Of a DNA stretch of 64,000 nt, positions 56,579-64,000 are shown one piece after another. The stretch is from Octopus vulgaris. Lineage: Eukaryota. Under the pieces are notes generated by a model. That model searched no databases. It was not told the DNA's origin and saw only the letters and a program-made list of their open reading frames with translations. A program made the translations under genes and the position numbers. The first letter of the stretch is position 1. Every line of letters begins with the position of its first letter. The stretch spans positions 28,768,001 to 28,832,000 of the forward strand of contig OX597827.1 of the NCBI GenBank assembly GCA_951406725.2, given 5' to 3'.

Positions 56579-57815
56579 CGAGGGGCGTTCAATAAGTAAT
56601 GCCCCTGACCCACTTGCAGTTGTTTGATCTAGTTGTTTGATTTTGCATGTGCACTTATTTATACCTCTATAGATTAAGTGGCGAATTACAGCTCTGAACT
56701 AATTGTGGTTTCTGATTTACAGGTGTTTGAACTGAGTCAAGTGTGAAATGGAGCCTGTTGTATTTGAAAGGACGCATACCACGGGAGACTTTTGATGAAA
56801 TGAAAGTAACTTATGGTGATGATGCCCCATCATATGACCTTGTAAAACGCTGGCATTGTGAATTCAAACATGGTCGGAACTCTGTGGAAACAGCTCCCAG
56901 ATCTGGTCGCCCCCTTCTGCCGTTGATGAGACATCTGTCCGTCAAGTTGAGGCTGCCATTTTGGAAGGTCAACGCATAACTATTCGCCAAATAGCCCATG
57001 AGGTCAAGATTAGTACCGGGTCTGTGGAAACTATCATTCATGACCATTTGCATATGCAAAAGGTGTCTGCCAGATGGATTTCCAGGTTGCTCACACCTTT
57101 CCAGAAGCAAGAACGCGTTGAGTGCTCGAGGGTGAATTTGGAGATGTGCCAAGAAGATGTGTCAAAATTTTTCAAAAGACTGATCACACAGGATAAAATT
57201 GGGTCCATCACTATGATCCATAGACCAAAGCCCAGTCAATGCAGTGAACGCACCGTGACTCACCTCCTCCAAAGAAGGCAAGGGTGCAGCCCTCCGCTGA
57301 CAAGGTTATGCTCATAGTCTTCTGGGACCAGGACGGAGTAGTGATGACAGATTTCCTGGCAAAGGGTACCACAATTGCAGGAGCCTTCACTTTTGAGGAA
57401 ATTAAGAGAAGCTATCAAAATCAAGAGGCGGGGCAAGATCAGCAAAGGCATCCTCCTCCTGCAGGACAACGCTCCGGTCCACAACTCGCGTGTCGCCAGA
57501 TCAGAAGCACAGGCGTGCAGCTATGAACTCCTCCCCTTGCACCCTCTGATTTTCACCTCTTCCCAGCCATGAAGTTGATTTTGAAAGGAAAGCGTTTCCC
57601 AGATGATGCAGCCTTGATTTCTGAAGTTACGTCGTGGTTGGAGGACCAAGCTGGGTTCTTCTACAAAAACGGTCTCCAGAGCTGTATCAAACGATGGTAG
57701 AAATGCATAACTCTGGGTGCTTCCTATGTAGGAAAAGACTAATAACTGTGCCAAGTGTCGTTGCTCTACCGATATGGGAAGTGGGTCAGGGGCATTACTT
57801 ATTGAACGCCCCTCG
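56579..57815 (+). mobile_element. Mariner transposon (irritans-like TIRs), full length, frameshifted transposase
   Basis: Perfect 37-bp TIRs CGAGGGGCGTTCAATAAGTAATGCCCCTGACCCACTT (56579-56615, 57779-57815) and TA TSD. Transposase remnants RSGRP, KVSARWI, LITQD, KVMLIVFWD, LLQDNAPVH. Confidence 0.95.
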
Positions 57816-58091
57816 TACATACATACATACATACACACACACATACCTATATACACACTCGCATGCACACGCACACTCATGCATGCGCGCGCACGCACCC
57901 ATACATACATGCATGCACGCATGCCTTTGGGGTCTGGCTTTATTTCGGGCGCGCGTCTGGGCGTGTGCGTGTGTGCCTGTAGTTTCGTATGCGCCCGCAC
58001 CGTGATAGTCTTTTCCATCTATCTTTCAGTTGCGAAGTGTGTCCTTGCATGAATATATATACACACATGCAAACATATATATATATATGTA

Positions 58092-58154
<63 letters not shown>

Positions 58155-58445
58155 ACATATAAACACACATTTGTACACACACGCACATACATACATTCAC
58201 TCCCACGCACATACACACACACATTTACATATATATACAATACACGCACACATACATACACACGTACAAACACACACTAATTCACATACACACCGACACA
58301 TATACATACACACACATACACACACATGCACACACTCACACACACACCCTTCTCATCTCGCACACCTTTTTTACCATTCCTTCTCTGATTCAGCTCTTTT
58401 GTTTTTAAAAAACACTTTTCCTTCCTTTTGACCACTTCCGTCTTT

Positions 58446-58655
58446 TTAGTATGTGACCTCGTGTAGACTACCTGCTATTTTTTTCCCTCTGTCCTCCCGT
58501 CTCGAGATGTTTCTTTCTCCTATGTTTCCGACGAAAAGCTCCGCTCGAAACGGCAAACCCTCCTTCTTCCCTTCTCTCTTGAGCGTCCAATAATACTTTA
58601 TTTGTTCCACATCCTTGCGTTGTTGTTTTTTTGTTTTCTTGTTTGGATTAACTTT
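58446..58655 (+). mobile_element. PLE pLTR fragment family X with degenerate HHR at 58524-58558
   Basis: Homologous to the reverse complement of 14717-14960. GUUU-CCGACGA..AGC ucc GCUC-GAAAC. Confidence 0.72.
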
Positions 58656-58669
58656 ATATATATATATAT

Positions 58670-59091
58670 GTCTCCCTGCGGCCATTAGGCACTACTTCAT
58701 AAGCCAGCCCTAAACTCAACTCGTCCTGTCGAAAGACCCTTGTCCTACGTCCTGGTTTTGTTTTGTTTTTTTATTTTTACCGTTATTGTTTTTACGTTTT
58801 TGTATTCTTATTGGCGTCACGTATTCTGTATTTTTGTTCGTGTACTTCGTTCGTTTTCCGTCCTCGTGTTGTATACATTCGAAGCTTTCTTCCTGGGGAT
58901 CTAATGCGCTTGGCTTAGATTTCCCTTGGCGGGCTGCCCAAATCGGAGCAATCTCAAGATTAATCAGCCGAAATTGCTAAGATGATCTGGTTCTTGACTG
59001 ATGACTGAGGGCTTCGAATGTCCCGTCCTGTGGTTCTTGTGTCGTCTCTTTGGTGTTTCATGTTCTTGTCCATGTCTGTAATTATTTTTAC

Positions 59092-59098
<7 letters not shown>
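58670..59098 (+). mobile_element. Non-coding pLTR-like element (family P) in (TA)n
   Basis: Diverged homolog at 60715-61146. Flanked by (TA)n. Confidence 0.75.
58875..59021 (+). ncRNA. Putative non-circularly permuted (pseudoknotted) hammerhead ribozyme, copy 1
   Basis: AGCAAUC|UCAAGA ... UCAGCC-GAAAUUGCU ... UCUUGA-CUGAUGA-CUGA, enclosed by ACAUUCGAAGC/GCUUCGAAUGU. Confidence 0.6.
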
Positions 59099-59147
<49 letters not shown>

Positions 59148-59151
<4 letters not shown>

Positions 59152-60170
59152 TCAGCAACAATTTAGATTCAAATGAATATGGCACTTAATTTTGATGCGC
59201 CAGAGTTTTTTATGGTGTTACCCATAAAAATATGCGGAGTGATTATAATAAAAAAAATAAGCAACAAGAATGGATCCGGTAACTTAGTACAATTGTTTCA
59301 TACTACAACATTTAATTAAAAGCTGTAAATATTACAGCAGATTTAAGATGCCGAGTAATCTTCAGCTAATTTTATATAGGTTTTCGAATAATATAAAGTT
59401 TTCAAATCAATTAATAACATCTTAGGGATGGTAAATATACAGATAAAGATGTAAATATGAATCTTAGGAACATGAGGTCGTGCAGTTTAGATGTCAACTG
59501 ACCAAAATCTTGTTTACAACTGACTGCTGTAAGAAAATTTCTTTAGTTATATGGATTGGGGTAAGGGTAGGTAAAGAAGTCAAGTTAGTTGAAGAAAAGA
59601 GGAGGAAAATTCAGGAAATGTAAAAGAACAGGTTGTCACTAGAACAATCGGTCAATCTATCTCTGTGGAGAAAAAAAAATTTAGGTCGGTGTAGAAAGAT
59701 CATTAAATTATTATGAACATATAAGGTAGTAGGTCAGCTACTAACTGACCAAAAACCTACTTGCCACGGAGAGCCATCAGAATTTTTTTAGTAGGAATTT
59801 AGGTAAGGGGATGTGATAGAATACTGTAAAAGGGATTTATGTTAGTTACAGAAAAAAGGAAGAATTTAGAATACATAAAGGGAATTCAGATTGTCACTAG
59901 AACAAAAAGCCAGTTATTTTTATGTAGTGAGAAAAAACATCTAGATCAATGTCGAGAGGTCAATTAAATTCTTTTACAAAGGATAGGGGGACAAACCCAT
60001 CATCTAATTTATAGTAGGTATCATATTTTATAATTGGGGGAATAGTATTAAATATATAGATTTGGAGAAAGATCAAAATTCAAGATTACAGTGAGGTTAA
60101 TCTAGTCGACTATGAAAGTAAATTAAAGGTTAGTATAGTGTATCTCATATTATTATTATATTAAAAATGT
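59148..60170 (-). mobile_element. Probable PLE 3' UTR/pLTR with internal ~258-bp diverged tandem duplication
   Basis: Abuts (TA)n. HHR near its 3' end. ttgtcactagaacaa recurs at 59633 and 59891. Confidence 0.55.
59284..59369 (-). ncRNA. Type I hammerhead ribozyme
   Basis: UUAG-CUGAAGA-uUACU...AGUAu-GAAA-CAAUU-GUA-CUAA. Palindromic ACAAUUGU. Confidence 0.68.
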
Positions 60171-60552
60171 GTGTGTGCATACAGTGTTTAATTGTATTGA
60201 TTATTGAACATGATCAATATTTCGTCATTAACATCAGTCGTATTTATCAAATTGATTGTTTACTTCAGAGATAAATTACTTCGATAAAAAGAATATGAAT
60301 GGGAGAAGAAAGAAACGCGTTAGTAGCCAATAAATCAGCAGCACCTGTGCGGCGAACAATAATTATCGGTTCAACATCATCACTATCAGCAGTATTGTTA
60401 ACTTTTTCACATAAATGTAATCACTTACTTAACTAATGTATCACGTGATTTATATTTCCGGCCAATTTTGTTCTTTTATTTTCTGCATATGATACACGAA
60501 GGTACATGTGTGATTGTTTGCGTGTGTGTGTGTATGTGAGTGTGTGAATGCT

Positions 60553-60591
<39 letters not shown>

Positions 60592-60629
60592 TTCCATATA
60601 AGAACAAAAAGGTACGGGCGCAGCTATAT

Positions 60630-61255
<626 letters not shown>

Positions 61256-61789
61256 GCATGTATATATATATTTATATACGTATATATACATATATGTCTG
61301 TGTGCGTTTGTATGTATATACGCATGTATATCTTTAGATATATGTGCATGTAGTGTATGTATACATGTATGGCTATATGGATGAACGGATGTATATGTAT
61401 ACAGAACTGTTAATGCCAGCAGGAAAAATAGAACTCAAATCTTGGGTAGACTATTATTTTAATCGTCAGAACTAATGCAAAGGAGCTCGGTCGTAGAGAC
61501 ATTGAAACACTTCGGTCATAAATGGCCATGGAATTGCACCTACTACTGCTGCTGCTACTACTACTAACTACAACTACTACTACTACTAATACTAATATTA
61601 TTACTGCTGCTACTACTACTACTGCTACTACTAATACGAATACAAGTGTTGTTTGTGTCGACCAGCACTGGGCCCTGCATACCATCTTCTGCTCTCCACA
61701 ACACCGATGTTATCCAAAGGAAAAGCAAAGTCCGATACAGCTTGGCACCAGAGATTTCGTAAATGATTTCTAGAGCTCAGTATATATAT

Positions 61790-61951
61790 ATTTCTCTCCG
61801 TGTTTCTTTTCTGTGTATCTTTCTGTTGAAGAGCGTAGGCTCGAAACGTAAAAGACTTGTTTTATTTATATTCCTGAGCGCCATACTAATACAATTGTTT
61901 GTTTGTACTTCACCTGCCTTCGTCTTTTGTTTATTTTCATAAAGCTTCCCG

Positions 61952-61952
<1 letters not shown>
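61790..61952 (+). mobile_element. PLE pLTR end with CUGUUGA variant HHR (61818-61855)
   Basis: Near-identical to 43190-43356. (TA)n on both sides. Confidence 0.78.
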
Positions 61953-61990
<38 letters not shown>

Positions 61991-61992
61991 TA

Positions 61993-62147
61993 GGAGAGGC
62001 TGTGAGGTAAGTAGCTTGCTTACCAATCACATTGTTCCGGGCTCAGTCCTACTGAGTGGCACCTTGGGCAAGTGTCTTGTACTATACCCTCGGTTGACCG
62101 ATACCTTATGAGTGGATTTAGTAGACGGAAACTGAAAGAAGCCCGTG
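61993..62147 (+). mobile_element. SINE family B 5' half
   Basis: ggctgtgaggtaagtagcttgcttacc..accttgggcaagtgtct..gaaactgaaagaagccc. Confidence 0.75.
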
Positions 62148-62790
62148 TGTATTTAATGCATAGCATACATGTGATTGAAGTAAACGGTGGGTTGTTTCTT
62201 AGATAGACTTTAAGGAAAATCTTCATATTTTCGGAAGGTGAGTACTTTTTGCATCGTTATTCATTCAAGGTTCCCAACGGATGTATAACAATTAGAATAT
62301 CCGTAATCTCCGTTTCAGAACATTGCGGTATCCACTGTTTGTCGATGATTCCCTGCTTCTGGTCGATGACACCTTTGCATCACTCCGGCGGCAACCCTCC
62401 AGCTAATGGCTCTGTTTGGGGACTGGCCGCTGGTGAACGTTTCATGAGGCCGGAGAGCGAATCCTGTCTCACCCTTATTTAGTTGCCTTTCGCGATTCGT
62501 ACAAGAAACTTTGGGGCAATTCTTTCGAATGCCCGTCTCCCAGCAGCACATAGTATAGAGTCTGCGAAATATAAAGGAGGCAGTCATGTCTCGACGCATT
62601 TACCGACAGTCCTGTTGGATATGGAGTAAAGTGGTGCACAACGAGAAGACAGTTAACAGTTACAACACTGTAGCTTTCGATGAAAACTCATAGTTGCCCA
62701 TTGATCTGCGGCAAATAGTAGCTACACCTACACCCTTGAAAACATAGTTTAGCTCAGTTCTATATTTAAGAGGTGAGGAATTATGTAAAT

Positions 62791-63032
62791 TATTTACATT
62801 ATTTACATTCAACGGATATTTGTCCTCATCTTGTTTCTTGTTAACACGACGATTCGGCAGATATACACTCCAGCCTTCTTCAGGTGTCTTGGGGAAATTT
62901 CGAATCAGAATCCAGGTTCGAAATTTCCCCAAGACACCCGAATAAGGCTGGAGGGTATATCAGCCGAAACGTTGTGTTAATAGCAAACAAGATGAGGACA
63001 AATATCCGTTGAATATAAATAATGTAAATAAT
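62791..63032. repeat. Head-to-head inverted pLTR pair (~115-bp arms), each with a minimal HHR motif
   Basis: Left arm (minus): ACAC-CUGAAGA-AGGCUG..CUGCC-GAAUCGUC-GUGU. Right arm: ACAC-CCGAAUA-AGGCUG..CAGCC-GAAACGUU-GUGU. Confidence 0.8.
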
Positions 63033-63114
63033 AGTTTAGCTCATTAACAATTTGGTTATTGTAATCTTAGATACAGTATTCTAAAAAGAAACGAGATGGC
63101 TGTGACAAGATAGC

Positions 63115-63370
63115 CCCATGGCTATGTTTGTAAGAAGATTGCTTTCCTACCATATGGTTCTGGGTTTCAGTCTCACTGTGTGGTAATTTGGGCAATTGTC
63201 TTTAGCTATAGCCTCAGGCCAACCGAAGCCTTCTGAGTGGATTTGGTATTCAGAAACTGAAGGAAGCCCGACGTGTATACAAATATATATGTGCGTGCAT
63301 GTGTGAGTGTGTGTGTGTGTATATGTATACATATATGTACGTGTTTGTGTGTCCATGTGTGTGTGTATGT

Positions 63371-63409
<39 letters not shown>

Positions 63410-63416
63410 TGTATGT

Positions 63417-63463
<47 letters not shown>

Positions 63464-63662
63464 ACCACCGCTTGGCAAGAGCTGTTGGTATATTTACAAC
63501 CCAAATAACGTAGCAGTCCAGCAAAATAGACCGATAAAATGATTGCCAGGCTTTACAAAAGTAAAAGTCGATTTATTCGAGTAAAAAAAAAATTTATTTA
63601 AGACGATGCCCCAGCATGGCCGCAGTCTAATGACTGAAACAAGTAAAAGATCAAAAAGTAAA
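63115..63662 (+). mobile_element. SINE family B with internal (GT)n
   Basis: Same head and 3' end (ccagcatggccgcagtc.aatgactgaaacaagtaaaag) as 21553-21995. Confidence 0.78.
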
Positions 63663-63824
63663 AGAACATAATAATCAGCAACGATAACAGAATAATAACG
63701 ACTACGACAGCAGCAAGAATAGTGACCACAACAACAACAGCAACAACAACTACTACTACTACTAATAATAATAATACTAATACTATTACTGCTGCTACTA
63801 CTAATACTAATACAAGTGCTGCTG

Positions 63825-63874
<50 letters not shown>

Positions 63875-64000
63875 ACTACTACTACTACTAATGCTAGTGC
63901 TGCTGCTACTACTACCACTACCACAACTACTAGTACTGCTGCTGGTGCTACTACTACTACTAATAATAATACTACTGCTACGAATACTAATACTGCTGCT

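Noticed and set aside
62249-62599. GC-richer island with overlapping ORFs
   Set aside because: No recognisable motif and no consistent splice-bounded open frame.

Overview
Eukaryotic, AT-rich, microsatellite-saturated intergenic or intronic DNA. It is most likely a coleoid cephalopod (Octopus-like), inferred from the SINE families and the (TA)n/(CA)n/(TAA)n load. No host protein-coding gene can be supported, and almost all listed ORFs are microsatellite artefacts. The real content is mobile DNA: (1) a near full-length but disrupted Tx1/L1-clade LINE (1780-7124, 14-bp TSD) inserted into a ~350-nt tandem/inverted structured repeat that carries a variant hammerhead ribozyme; (2) a 5'-truncated Penelope-like element (RT + C-terminal GIY-YIG + hammerhead, 7702-10785) and two further PLE GIY-YIG 3' fragments; (3) R4/Dong and RTE LINE fragments; (4) two mariner relics, a non-autonomous Helitron and several tRNA-derived SINE families. 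The most striking signal is a dense set of hammerhead ribozyme (HHR) motifs, about 15 copies from about 10 unrelated pseudo-LTR families, mostly adjoining (TA)n arrays. They include non-canonical cores (GUAA, CCGACGA, CUGUUGA) and a two-copy family (58670-59098, 60715-61146) whose hammerhead strands occur in a non-circularly permuted, pseudoknotted order. All folds were derived by eye and are untested.
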